A stretch of DNA of 64,000 bases from Epiperipatus broadwayi (Eukaryota > Animalia > Onychophora): NCBI GenBank assembly GCA_028023455.1, contig JAQFVV010000010.1, positions 13,950,001 through 14,014,000 of the forward strand, read 5' to 3'. A program made the position numbers and the translations under genes. The notes beneath the pieces are model-generated. The model was not told the DNA's origin, searched no databases, and saw only the letters and a list, made by a program, of their open reading frames with translations. The first letter of the stretch is position 1; the number at the start of each line of letters is the position of its first letter. Of this stretch, positions 1 through 11,990 are shown one piece after another.

Positions 1-1937
1 GAAATGTTTATAGAATCAAATGCCTTTTCATAATCTACAAATCCAAAACATAATGACAACTCATATTCATTTGTCCTTCCTATAACTTCTCTCAATACTT
101 GAATATGATCTACTGAACTAAAACCACTTTTAAATCCAGCTTGTTCTCTTGGTTGGTGAAAATCCAAGGTTCTCTGTAGACGAGTTGTAATTATCTTGGT
201 AAAATTTTTATATAAAACTGATAAAAGGCTGATAGGTCTGTAATTTCTAATATCTTCTTTATCACCTTTTTTAAATATTAATATTATTACTGCATTCTTC
301 CAATCATCCGGTACATCTTTATCATTTAGACATTTGGTATATAACTTTGCTAATATTTTTTCTGTTTCTTCACCTGCTTCTTTTAATATATCAATTATAA
401 TTCCATCATTACCTGGAGCCTTTCCTTTTTTCATACATTTAATTGCATTTCTCACTTCTTCATTTAAAATTCTGATCAATTCGGAAGATGTAATAGATAT
501 AGGAGGTACTTGTTCTTTATTACTATATAATTCTTGATAAAAATCTTCTACCAATTTCATAATGTCATCCCTCTTTTTAGCAATAATTCCATCTTTTTTC
601 CTTATTGCAGATATAAATTTCCTACCAATACCAACATGTTGTTTTACATTCTTAAAACTTTTATTTTCTTCTACAGCTTTTCTTGCTAGTTCACAGTTAT
701 ACTTTCTTATATCATTTTCAACTCTTTTCCGCACCATTTTACAAAATTCGAGATATTCAATTCTTTTTAATGCATCATTCTTGCATATCTTCATATTCCT
801 TCTTTTCTTCATAAGTTCTCTAGTCTCAGTAGAAATTTTATTAGTCAATTGCTGCTTTTTTCTACCAGCTATCTTTGTTGCAGTTTTTAAAAGTGTATCA
901 GTTATTTTCATATTAATTTCATTCAAATCTGAATCATGTTCAAAATCTACTAATACTTGAAACCGATTTGTAAGTTCTAATTTAAATTCATTAGAATGTT
1001 TCTGAAGATTAGGAATATCAACTGTAAATATAGTTTTTCTTAATAATTTTTGTCTCTCTAGTTTTACATTAACATGTATCTTACCCCTTACTAATCGATG
1101 ATCACTTCCTGTGTTAAATTTATTAAGAACATTACAATCTTGAAATATGTATTTCCTGTTAGTCAAAATATAATCCAATTCTGCTGTACCTTCATTTGGA
1201 TGCTTCCATGTCCATTTCCTTCTAACATTTTTCTCAAAAAAAGAATTCATAATATAAAGTTTTTCCTTCTCTGCAAACTCCACAAGTCTATGTCCTCTCT
1301 CATTTCTATTACCATAACCAAAATTACCTACAACACTTTCATCTTTCATTTGTTTACCAATTCTAGCATTAAAATCTCCCATAACAATTTTAAAATGTTG
1401 TTTACTCTGATCAAAAGCCTTTTGTACATCCATATAAAAATCTTCTACTACTTCATCACTGTGAGAACTTGTTGGGGCATAAACCTGAATTATCTGCATT
1501 TGATATCTGCAATTAAGTTGTATAACTAATCTTGCCACTCTGTCTGATACACCATCAATCTCCACAATATTGTTCTTCCACTTTTTATTTATAATGAATC
1601 CTACTCCACTTGTATTTCCAATATTTGTGCCTTTATAATAGAGCATATGTCCACTTTTTAAATCAATTGTCTCTTCACCTTTTCTTCTAACTTCACAAAG
1701 TCCAATAATATCCCATTTAATATAAGAGAGTTCTTCTTCTAATTCTTGCAATCTTCCTTCACTTGAAAGTGATCTGCAGTTGTAAGTACCTAAATAAAAA
1801 GTCATCATCAAATGGCAGCCTGGGTCCGCCTCCAGGATATTCTTAGCACCCTCCGCCTTCGGCCACCAACCGCTGCCTTGGTTGGTGACTTTACAGCCTC
1901 CTGGGATTAAGGGCCATGCTTTATTTTTGTCTGTCAT
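1..1937 (-). CDS. RTE-clade LINE ORF (AP endonuclease + N-terminal reverse transcriptase), open at the window edge
   Basis: Manual translation from ATG at 1937 gives 645 codons with no stop down to base 1. Motifs: YLGTYNCRSL, WDIIGLCEVRR, GVGFII, IQVYAPTS, MGDFNARIG, WTW, LDYIL, SDHRLV (APE); KAPGNDG, KKGDKEDIRNYRPISLLS, EQAGFKSG, FVDYEKAFDSI (RT). Absent from the ORF track, probably because it has no stop inside the window. Confidence 0.95.
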   Translation of the reverse strand, partial: MTDKNKAWPLIPGGCKVTNQGSGWWPKAEGAKNILEADPGCHLMMTFYLGTYNCRSLSSEGRLQELEEELSYIKWDIIGLCEVRRKGEETIDLKSGHMLYYKGTNIGNTSGVGFIINKKWKNNIVEIDGVSDRVARLVIQLNCRYQMQIIQVYAPTSSHSDEVVEDFYMDVQKAFDQSKQHFKIVMGDFNARIGKQMKDESVVGNFGYGNRNERGHRLVEFAEKEKLYIMNSFFEKNVRRKWTWKHPNEGTAELDYILTNRKYIFQDCNVLNKFNTGSDHRLVRGKIHVNVKLERQKLLRKTIFTVDIPNLQKHSNEFKLELTNRFQVLVDFEHDSDLNEINMKITDTLLKTATKIAGRKKQQLTNKISTETRELMKKRRNMKICKNDALKRIEYLEFCKMVRKRVENDIRKYNCELARKAVEENKSFKNVKQHVGIGRKFISAIRKKDGIIAKKRDDIMKLVEDFYQELYSNKEQVPPISITSSELIRILNEEVRNAIKCMKKGKAPGNDGIIIDILKEAGEETEKILAKLYTKCLNDKDVPDDWKNAVIILIFKKGDKEDIRNYRPISLLSVLYKNFTKIITTRLQRTLDFHQPREQAGFKSGFSSVDHIQVLREVIGRTNEYELSLCFGFVDYEKAFDSINI

Positions 1938-2260
1938 AATTGTATAATTGGGAAAAATCTTTATCATTTACACAAACATTCATTCTGCCTTATCAGGCAC
2001 TGAGAAGAAAGACCATGGTGTTTCTTGATCTTAAACTCAGAGGTAAAAAGCCAATAAACTCACCACGCTGGCTAATGCGTGTTGGTGAGCAGCCCATCCA
2101 TGTTTGTATACTATATGAATAAACATATAGTAATAACAGCTGCAACGACAAGAACGTATGGAGTGGACATTAGGAATTTGCCCTGCTCGGTTCCTTTAAG
2201 GCCTCCAAGAGGAATCAAAGGGTCTCCTTTCAGTTAATAGAAAACTCCTTTCTGCAGCCA
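1..2260 (-). mobile_element. 5' half of a young RTE LINE including a probable 5' UTR
   Basis: Intact ORF plus a GC-richer leader at ~1938-2260; the 5' boundary is approximate. Confidence 0.8.
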
Positions 2261-2268
2261 CATCTCCA

Positions 2269-2462
2269 ATACTAGCACATAATTGTTTATAAACAAAGCA
2301 AAGCAAAACTCCATATAGTAGTGCCACCGGTGCTAAACAGAGTAATCAATGGATGCCAGAAGGCATTAGATAGGGATTTTATGCACAAGCCTTCTGGCAT
2401 CCATTGATTACTCTGTTTAGCATAAGTGGCACTACTATATGGAGTTTTGCTTTGCTTTGTTT
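2269..2462. repeat. Family A fold-back: 74-bp arms (2291-2364 / 2389-2462), 24-nt loop, no ribozyme core
   Basis: Arms are reverse complements with 3 mismatches; the sequence matches the family A segment downstream of the hammerhead. Confidence 0.9.
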
Positions 2463-3021
2463 TTAAATAAACCTTCTTGCTTTGCTAGTAAAGTTTTATA
2501 AAAACAATTATATCAATCTTAAACCATGACATTTTTATTTACTGGAATAGTCTTAATTTTAGTTTTAAAAAATCCTCAAGCAAATTTAACACATTTTAAG
2601 CAGATATTACTGAATAACATAAGATATTTATCTTTCTGATTACCATCACTTCCTTTACATTACTGGTATTACAACTATTTTTATCAGTTAAATGAGTCAG
2701 ATATAGAAATCTAATCAGATTTACTGATTATTTTTAGACTAAATTTTTTATGACCCGTTCGTTGTTGATTATATTGCTTAATACAAATAAAGATTTTCAG
2801 TCTTCTAAATTCACCTCCCTTCCCCCATCACCCCCTCCATTCTTCTTTCTTAATGTAGACAGATTGGATACATTCTCATATAATTTCTGAGCACACTTTT
2901 GAAGAATTTTACAATTTAGACAATACCATAATTATTAATAAAAGATAATTAATTGCATGAGAAGATCACAAGACATGTCCTACACCCAGTCTAAATAATT
3001 GAAGACAAAGACAAAAAAAGA

Positions 3022-3137
3022 GTCAAGCATTGTTAACCGAGAGGTCATCACAGCCGCCTTGCAAGCAAGTAGTTGGTTGCAGACGGTTGTGGGTTCGCAT
3101 TCCGGCCGATGCTATGACATATGAGGGAAAAAAAAAG
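3022..3137 (+). mobile_element. tRNA-Gly-derived short SINE (expanded anticodon-arm subtype)
   Basis: GTCAAGCATTG...GGTTCGCATTCCGGCCGATGCTATGACATATG + A-tail; near-identical copies at 50291 and 58231. Confidence 0.85.
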
Positions 3138-3794
3138 AAGAAAAAGAATTTAGAGCAAGAAGACTGCTACTAGTAAAAACACATGAAAATTTTGGTGATA
3201 CAACATTATAGCCTCAAAAATACAGAAAATACTCCTGTTAAGAATTACTTAGAGATTATCTGCAGTTAAATAGGTCGTCACATGACTATTTGATTGCTCT
3301 AGAAACTGTCAATAGATCATATGTAGCAGTCAATATTTCCTTTAAAACATTCATTTTAAATCATCAATATAATATTTATCAAGAAAGATTCTAGAGTTAA
3401 AACACTTTTGATTATAGTTAAGTATTTTCAGTATGTATAATCTATTAAAAATTGATAATACATTGGAATTTTTTGAAGTGGATATACACTGGGTCACTAA
3501 TAAAGATTTCTATTCAACTTAATTTTTACTTTAAAACCACACTTTTCTTTTGAAAGTGATTCATGGATGAACTATTGCTTTGTTTTTTACTATTAACTTT
3601 AATGACTTGTTCTACTGTATATGCTTTTGGTGTTTTTTTTTCTTTAATGGATAAATAAGCTGTTATGGTTAAGGCTTTAATATATTTTATTACTCTGAGC
3701 TTACTTATTACTTGACAAACTCTTATTCACCTCAAAAATATTTAAAAATAACTACTTTCCACTTACAAGAATTGATTAGTGTTAAACCATTAAG

Positions 3795-3860
3795 CATCAC
3801 ATGATCACCATCTCTTATACTAGCACATACTACTGTATGGAGAGTTTTGCCTTGTTTATA
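3795..3860. repeat. Family A fragments joined in opposite orientations
   Basis: CATCACATGATCACC...TACTAGCACATA followed directly by CTACTGTATGGAGAGTTTTGCC. Confidence 0.7.
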
Positions 3861-5189
3861 AAGAATTGATTGGCCTATATTTTTTTAATTTTAAATGGAA
3901 TATGCAAAATCCAAACTAGTTAAGTGTTTCAGGCAAAAATTGTTGAGAATGACTTTGTGGTATGGGTGTTATTCCCTTCAAGAATCTGCCATATGTACAA
4001 AAGTAAAATATCAAAATGTAATAAGCTGATGGCCATTTCTCTTCCACATTGCAATGGAATGATTAAAACTGTTCTATTCATGTCCTTTATTTTAGTCTTT
4101 ATGGCAGTATGCTTACAGTCTCTAATGTAGTCTCAAAAATATTTTTCTGTGTAACATTATTTCATGTCAAATTTTTTTTTATCCATTAGGAATTGATGCA
4201 ATATAGTGCAGCTTATTTTTAATAAATTGGAAGAATGATACCAATAAATTTTATTATTTATTTTTATATAAAATAATCCATAGCCTAACATTCATTCTTT
4301 CTTCTACTTTATTTGTTAAAAAAGTAGGTTTTCCTATTTCATTTTCTTTATCATATTTAATTCAACTTAAATAAAGCCAAACAAAAACTATATGACATTC
4401 TCAGTTTATTTGTATCATCTTTATTAGGATCAGCACCAAAACAGACCCCAATATAAAAGTCAGTATTTTTAGAACATGAGAACAACTTGGCCACAATTTT
4501 GATCCATTCACTATCAAAGTTGTTTGTGCTGAGTGCAATGATCAAAAGAGAAAATATAAAGAGGCATGATTTGTCACAAATATTGTCCAAGCGATGAACA
4601 AAAAAGACTCGTGTATTGCATTATCATGCAGATGGTATACATCAAATATGTACTTAGAAACAAATGTTTAATAATTTTATAAATGAAATAATAGCATACT
4701 TTTTCTATACACCCATATTAGTACTATGAATATTTCTGACTTGGTTGAAAGCAGTGCTAAGTTGTAAATCTGTAAAGGAGTCATAAGTTTATATTCTTTC
4801 TGGCATAGTGTTCCTTCACTATATATTGAGTTACAAATAAATAAAGAAAAAAGATAGATTGAGTTATATTACTTATTCTAAAGCCATCTTATTGTAAGTA
4901 TGAACAATCAATGGACATGGGATGAAATTACCAGATTAATTTGGGATAATTGACCTTCATCAGGAAGAGCATTGGATTTGCAAATGCACATCAGCATCTT
5001 TCATTTCTCATATTATAATCTGGAGATTATGTTGATATTACTATATGAATTTAATTGATTACTCAACCCAAAATTTTATGATTATGGAATAATTTACATA
5101 GCGTATACCTATTATCACCATTATTATTTATTTTGTTGTTAAAAGATTTGAAAGTAATTAAGAGAAAAAGGTTAAGGATAGAGCTAATA

Positions 5190-5700
5190 ATTGCATTGTG
5201 GAAACTAGGTGAATATAGTATCTCTCTGTTTTTATGAATAATATGAACATTAATGGAAGTGTAAAATTAAAGGACAGAAAATAGAAGCTATCTAGATTGA
5301 AAAAGAAGAGATATATTGATATTTAGAGGTCTTATCTAAACAAAGAAATTATATAGACAATTGGAAATTAGAGTTAAGACAAAAAAAATAGAATTGATTT
5401 CTCATGATTTTACATAGAAAATGTAAAGTAAGTAGAATAATTTGAAAAAGAATTTTGGATTATGCTTTAATATTGGAAAATGAAACATTTAGTATTGGAT
5501 AAAGAACTCGGAAAATTTTAAGTAGGATTCATAAAGAGGTAAATAAATATGTGTTGGATAGTAAATTGTGGACAGCAAATGAGACTATTTAAAAGGAAAT
5601 GGGATTAATATCTTTTTGAAAGAGACTAATTAAAAACAAATTAATAATGTTTGGAAGGCTACAAAAGTGAAAATACATTAACATAGTAGTGTTTTATTGG
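5190..5700 (+). mobile_element. Heavily decayed non-LTR retrotransposon RT-like remnant
   Basis: Purine-rich, codon-like stretch with LW.LG and I..KG-like fragments; many stops. Confidence 0.3.
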
Positions 5701-5987
5701 ATTATGTGTAGATGTCAAAAAATATTGTAGACTACAAGCATTATAGTAAACATAAAGAGAAATTTCTAATACAATAAGATGTTTTAACCTGATTATATTT
5801 GTTTTTAGCAAAATAAATTCTATAAATTATCTGAAATATAAAATACTGCCAAAAGGTAAGCAAAGAAAACTGATTAAATATATTCCTAACAAATTGATTT
5901 TTTTCACATCCAAAAATAATTTTCAGCACATAAGTTTGTGGTCTTTGCAGATTTAAAACTACATTAACCATACAAAAATACAATCAA

Positions 5988-6733
5988 CCCCTAAACATGG
6001 CATGATCACCATTTCTTATGCTTTCTCATAACTGTTATTAAAACAGGAAAAACTGCCACTCAGTGCAAGTCAGAGTAATCAGTGGATGCCAGAAGGCTTA
6101 TGCATAAAATTCCTATTTAGTGCCTACTCATCCAATATCTACAGACTAGTTTCTAGCTTGTGGCTTTCATCAGTGAGGAACTTTGGATGATTAGGCACTA
6201 GATAGGGGTTTTATGCACAAACTTCTGGCATCCATTGATTACCCTGGCTTACACTGAGTGGCACTACTGTATGGAGAATTTTGCCTGTTATGAGCAAGCA
6301 TAAGAAATTGTGATCTTGTGATGTTTAGGGAATTAATACCAATCCTACCTAATAGGATAATGGTGGCTATGGTTATTAAAGAACCAAAGATACCAAAATG
6401 CATGGGTATTGAACTGAGTTCAGACCTATATGACTATCTAAGTTAATGAGCTTGGATTAAAAAATATTATTGTGTTTTTAATTTTAGACTCATAGTTTGT
6501 AATTAAATAGAGATAAAAAGTGACTGTTAGAGGGTTGCATTAGATCCTAAGATCTAGATGCATTGCTCTCAGATCTAAAGCTCCTCACTGACAAAAGCCA
6601 CAAGCTAAAAAATAGTCTGGGGATATTGGATGAGTAAGCACTAGATAGGCATTTTATGCACAAGCCTTCTGGCATCCATTGATTACTCTGGCTTGCACTG
6701 AGTGGCACTACTATATGGAGAGTTTTGCCTGTT
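5988..6733. mobile_element. Family A hammerhead element: inverted segment plus partial tandem (period 443 nt)
   Basis: GCACTAGATAGG...TTGCCTGTT occurs at 6195 and 6638. Inverted arms ending at 6135 and starting at 6183 enclose a minus-strand hammerhead. A degenerate plus-strand core is at 6583-6622. Confidence 0.88.
6139..6178 (-). ncRNA. Minimal type I hammerhead ribozyme motif (family A), stem I degenerate
   Basis: CCTCA CTGATGA AAGC-CACAA-GCTA GAAAC TA GTC TGTAG. Confidence 0.7.
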
Positions 6734-7479
6734 TTAAAAGTACAATAAATCATACAACCAATAAAAGATAATTTACAATATATCTGAAACATAATATTTA
6801 TTATAAAAATGAGTATATGTAAAAAAAAAAAGTATCTATTAAATAATTCACATGATAAGATGATAATGTTATTTACAGATTTTCTTTAAAATAATAATTT
6901 AAAAAAATTAATACTAAAAGCAAACATTTTACAATGGAAATGTGGAAAATATTAATCATTGGAAGCTTAATACAAGTAACATGTTTTAGAAGTATAGTTT
7001 TAGATTTATATTTACTAAAAATTCTTAGTGGTCATTAATAAAAAATAAAAAAAATCCACAATAGCCAAATGGCAAAAAAAAAAAAAGTTTTCAAAAGTGA
7101 TCAAACAATAGAGGATAGACAACAGAGCCCTGGTAAACTTTAACATTAATTATAGCCGGATTATTAATTGATAAGTCAGTATGAACCTTTAAAATTTTAT
7201 TCCATAAATTTTTTTCAGCCAAAAATAAAGTATCCCTTTAAATTCAAAATGGTAAACTTTTTTTAATATTATCTTATGACTTACTTACTGCATTGAACAT
7301 TTTACAAATATCTGCACATATTGCTAACATCTTGAAGATTTTCCCTGATGACTCACTGATGTTACTGACATGCGATGATGTGGTGTAAAATGATTTCTCC
7401 TTAAATGAAGTTAGACTTTTTTATGCAGAAGCTATATGTCCGGAAACTCTGTTAGGCAAACATTTCCTGCCTGCAAAAC

Positions 7480-7920
7480 TCTTATGTAATCTTGTCTACT
7501 TTTTACTATTCCCAATTTAAAGAAATTTGTTCCAACAATTTCAATACTTTACCATTATATATCCCCATTTCATTATAAAGACCTAAACAAAAAATCATAA
7601 ATCTCTATCTCTTTATTTTTTACTTTCTCTCATTAACCATACAATTTATCCTGATTGGCTTTCATCATTCTATATTCCAAAAATAAATGTTCATCATTCT
7701 CCACTTCTATATCCTTTTTTATCTTCTTTGTCTAATGTCTAAACTCCTGTCCTTGCAACAAATAACAATAAGCTTCCTTTAGTATTATCATACATCCTTT
7801 CATATTTTACATATTTTTTATTCTTATATAATTCCAAACTATTTTTTAGTCATATTAATTTTTCATAATTTTTAAAATCATATTGATTCTTCATAATTCT
7901 ATTTCTTTGTCTAATTTATC
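7480..7920 (-). mobile_element. Decayed 3' end of a non-LTR retrotransposon
   Basis: Minus strand reads ..YDNTKGSLLLFVARTG.. and ..VENDEHLFW.., resembling the C-terminal zinc-knuckle region of LINE ORF2; frames broken. Confidence 0.4.
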
Positions 7921-7969
7921 TATATTTCTCACCTTTTATACTTTTGTACCTGTAATATATTATCTAGAT

Positions 7970-9638
7970 CAGAGATTACCAAAATTGTAAATTATGACTC
8001 ACTGCTAGAATGCCAAGATGATTTTGAGGTGGGTTACACTAAATATCAAGACATGAAAGTATTTTACGTTTATTAAAAAAGGAAAATATTATTGCAGCAC
8101 TATGTATAGAGCCCATTTGAATATATATTGTTGGTCAGTGCTCAATTTGAGCATGCAGCAATGAGATTCTAATGCGATAAAAATCTGTATGCATGACATT
8201 CATAAATTCTTTGTTAATGGCGAACTTTCTAAATCTAGAACATAAATACATTTCCTTAATTTGTTTCTATTATAGTATAAATATATGACGTCTCAGTCAA
8301 AATTTATCAGTTTTAGATTCATTGTTGCATATTAGTTGTTTGTACGATACCAGCAATTGTCTGCAAACACAAATAAAAAAGTATTTTATTAATTAAATAA
8401 TTGACTGGTTATGTAAATAATAACAAAACTTTGTATTAGTATCTTTTTATATTTATCATAGTAATGGAGAAAATGCTAAAAATAAATTTGGCGGGAAGAC
8501 AAGTCACTGAAAAGAAAACGTTCCCTGACGAAACTAAAAATTAAAAAAAAAAGATGACGAAAATGTTTCAACAAGTTTTCCAATCAAAATAGGTTAAAGT
8601 AATAAGAAAATACGACCCTGATTATTTAAAATTTGGATTTATGTGGAAAGATGACAAAGGATATCTATATCCACAGTATGTTGTCTGCTGTGAAATTCTT
8701 GCAAATCACAGAATACATCCAAACAAGTTACTCTGACATTTCAAAACAAAACATGCAGATTTAAACCCAAGCCACTTCATTTTTTTAGAAAATAAACTGA
8801 AAAAACTAAATATTAAAAAAAAAAAAAAGCTTTCTCATTTTACCAATATTAATGAAAAAGCTATGCATGTCTCTTATCAGTTTGAGAATTGCACAAACTG
8901 CTAAGCCTCCCACAATTTCTCCGTCATTAGTACTTCCAGTGATGAGAGATGTATTAGAGTTATGTTTGGTGGAAAATGCATGAAAGAAATTAAATCAATT
9001 CTATTTTCCAATTATACAGTTGCATGATGAATTGATGACATGTCTGTATAGATAAAAGATCAGCTTGTCAGCAGAGTTAAAAGAAGTCATTTTTTCCCTC
9101 TACAATTGGATGAGGCTGCAGATGCGCAAAGTTTGCCCAATTTATATGCAATAATAAGTCATATAAAGAGGTATTATTTTGTGAACCAATTATCAAACAT
9201 TTTGAATCTGAAAATAACATATATTGATGTAAATCTCAAAGATGTCATCGGTGAATATAGAAAACAAGTCCATTCTTCTCATATACATCATTATGTATTT
9301 AATTAATAAATTTCAAAAACTTTGATAGACTTTTTTTATAGATACTTTGTATGTATTTGTTTCTTGAATCAATTAATAAACATAAATATAATTTTAAGTA
9401 TAATTATAGGAAACAAACCCATAATTTATATAAATGTTTATATATCTCATTAGATATCTAATGATTAAGAAATGTTAATTTTAAGTGTGTTCAACAAAAA
9501 AAAATTTAAGTAATAAAACTTAATTTTTTATTTACTTCTCTTTCTCTTCAAATATATATATATATCAAGTAAGTGAATCCTGAAAAAAATATTGTTTTTG
9601 AAAATGGATCTCAATCTTCAAAAATTTGAGAAATCCTG
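7970..9638 (+). mobile_element. Internally deleted hAT (Charlie/Buster, ZBED5-like) transposon
   Basis: Termini CAGAGATTACCAAA / CAGGATTTCTCAAA; TSD ATCTAGAT / GTCTAGAT. Remnant peptides RKYDPDYLKFGF..CCEILAN..HFKTKH (BED finger) and FPLQLDEAAD. Confidence 0.85.
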
Positions 9639-9889
9639 GTCTAGATATTTACCCCAACTCTTATTTAAATATATAAAAATAAACTGACAGATTATTAACA
9701 TTACATATTATAAAATCTTTATGGTCCTAAGAATTTTCAGCTTCACTATTTTGTACAAATCTACCCTAAAATTTTGATTATACTTATATATTATCAAAAT
9801 TGATATCACACATGATTTTATCATTGTTTCTAACAGTTTAGAAAGTGAGGACAGCATGGATATCAGTCTAATTTTTAGGGTATTTTTCC

Positions 9890-11990
9890 TTGTGAGTAAT
9901 AACATACCCCAGAAACTTTATCTCTGAGATAATTCATATACACTTTGCTATATTCAGCCTAGCCCCAAATTTGTCCAATTTTGAACAGACTTGTATGAAT
10001 ATTTTAAATTCTCATTCTGATTGGGTCCCATAAGGTTATCTTGCAGATACAGAATAATTCTCTCCATTCCTTGAAATAAACACCCTATTTTGGCCTGGAA
10101 GATATTCAGAGCAACTGTGATCCCATAAGGCAATTTATCGCACTTGAAAGTCCTACATGAGTGCTAATTATTAGAAACTATGCCATTCTCTCTGCAACAG
10201 GTATTTTGTAGAAATGGACTTGATGATTTAAATATGATGCTTTTTGTAGCAAAGCTAAAAATTCATGCACCCTTGGGACAGAATATGCTCCTTTGTTGAT
10301 GTATTTATTAAGTGTATCTCAGTAATTACCACAAAGCATCAATACTACCAGTGTACCCATGATCGGTCTTCTACTGGAGACAACACACATTTGGAGACTA
10401 AATCCTTAATTGTCCTCAACTTTTGGTTTTAAGGCAAAAGGGACATTACACAGTTTAAACATTATAGGCTAGGCATCTCTCAGTAATTCAATATCTACCA
10501 ACCATGTTTTTAATTAAGCCCATCTTGAATTAAATAAAAGAGGAAACTTATCTCTGATTTCAGTTTACAATTGAACTTTTTAAATTATCTTATGACAGGC
10601 CAAGGGTCCCCAACCCTATGCCCGTGGGCACCATGGTGCCCACAGACCATTTTATGTGTGCCCGCCGCTATCTGAACACAATAAAAAAAATATTTATCTG
10701 ATATAAATAAATTTAATTTTTAAAATTTCTTGTAAATTATTGTATTATATTGTAATCAAATGTTAAAATTTTATTTTTGAAATAAATATTTTTTTTTACC
10801 ATATGTGTATTATTAACAATATCCAACTATAAATTTATATTGAAAAAATAAATGGTGCCTGCCACCTGGCCAGTATTATAGAATGTGCTCTTAAGTGCAA
10901 AAAGGTTGGGACCCCTGTCTTATGACATATTCCTGATGGATCAAAATAGTTTCTCTCCAATAATTGGCTTACTTTTCTTTTTATTATAAATAAGATTAGA
11001 CATTTAATCCTGGCATTAAATTTTATAGGTATCGTCACCTTACCACATATGTCTGTCTTATTACTATTTACATCTATAGCCAATATGTATATAGTTTCAA
11101 TCACTAATGCTATTCCAATCTTTTAATGAGAGCAGTGATAATTCCATGCCACTGTTGACTTCCATATTTATTTTCTTATCAAAGATGGTCATGTCAGAAA
11201 TAATACAGCCATTATTAGTGACATTTATTTTCATGACTACTTCTCATTCCATTCCCCTCCTACTGATTTAAAATCCAGGCATGTTTTACCTTTTTATACT
11301 ATTGCCTTTATGATGACAGACACAAGTTAAATGTTTTTTTGTATTACACTTATGATACTTTTCCACTTTAATCTTGACAAAACTGCAGTAGCAACAGGTC
11401 AAATTCTTTGCAGGTTTTGAACTTGGAGTTACAATTTGTGTTTGGTCACACGTATCATATTATTCTGATCACAAGATGTAGTTTGGAATTCTGATGCATT
11501 CTTTAACACATTCACTTGTGCAATAATACACTATTCAATTGCTATCTTATACATCAGGTTTGGCTATCTCAATAAAAAAATTTTAAAGTTGTGATCTGAC
11601 ACTCTGAACAACAGTGGATCTAGTAGCAAGTCTTCCAGCTCAGCATCAAACTGACATCATCTCATGAACATACACAATGTCAAAAAGTAATCCTGATACT
11701 GCATTCATGATGACCATTTCCCATGCGTGCCATCCACTTAGACACTACCGACTGAAAATAAACATTCAGGCTTTCTATTATATCTTGATATAGAATGTCT
11801 TTACGACTTTTATGGTCACATAACTGTTTAGATAATTGTAAAATGTCTTTATCAGCAAAGAATAGCAGAGTGACCACCTTAACATTGTTATATATGACTT
11901 TATTTATGAACATATAATGCTTAGTGTGTTCAACATATAAATTCCATGCCAAAGCATTATTGCTGTTGAACTCATGTGTTTACCATATTC
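9890..11990 (-). mobile_element. Decayed Ty3/Gypsy LTR-retrotransposon internal region (gag, protease, RT)
   Basis: Gag-like WNLYVEH..YMFIN..KV..LL (track ORF 11680-11952); protease-like MEVNSGM.LSLL (~11131-11165); RT fragments VPFALKPKVE, THVGLFKCDKLPYG, IFQ, KC..IKFLGY (9890-10470). No LTRs identified. Confidence 0.8.
10596..10917. mobile_element. hAT MITE nested in the Gypsy remnant
   Basis: Perfect 8-bp TSD TCTTATGA (10588-10595, 10918-10925); imperfect TIRs ..GGGTCCCCAACC / GGTTGGGACCCCTG. Confidence 0.85.

Noticed and set aside
334-1529. Plus-strand ORFs of 67, 132 and 143 aa
   Set aside because: Antisense shadows of the RTE ORF; no independent protein features.
4921-4970. TGACCTTCATCAGG (minus-strand CTGATGA) and similar hits at 7345 and ~13060
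   Set aside because: No stem II closed by GAAA and no NUH/stem I; at best unrecognisably decayed.
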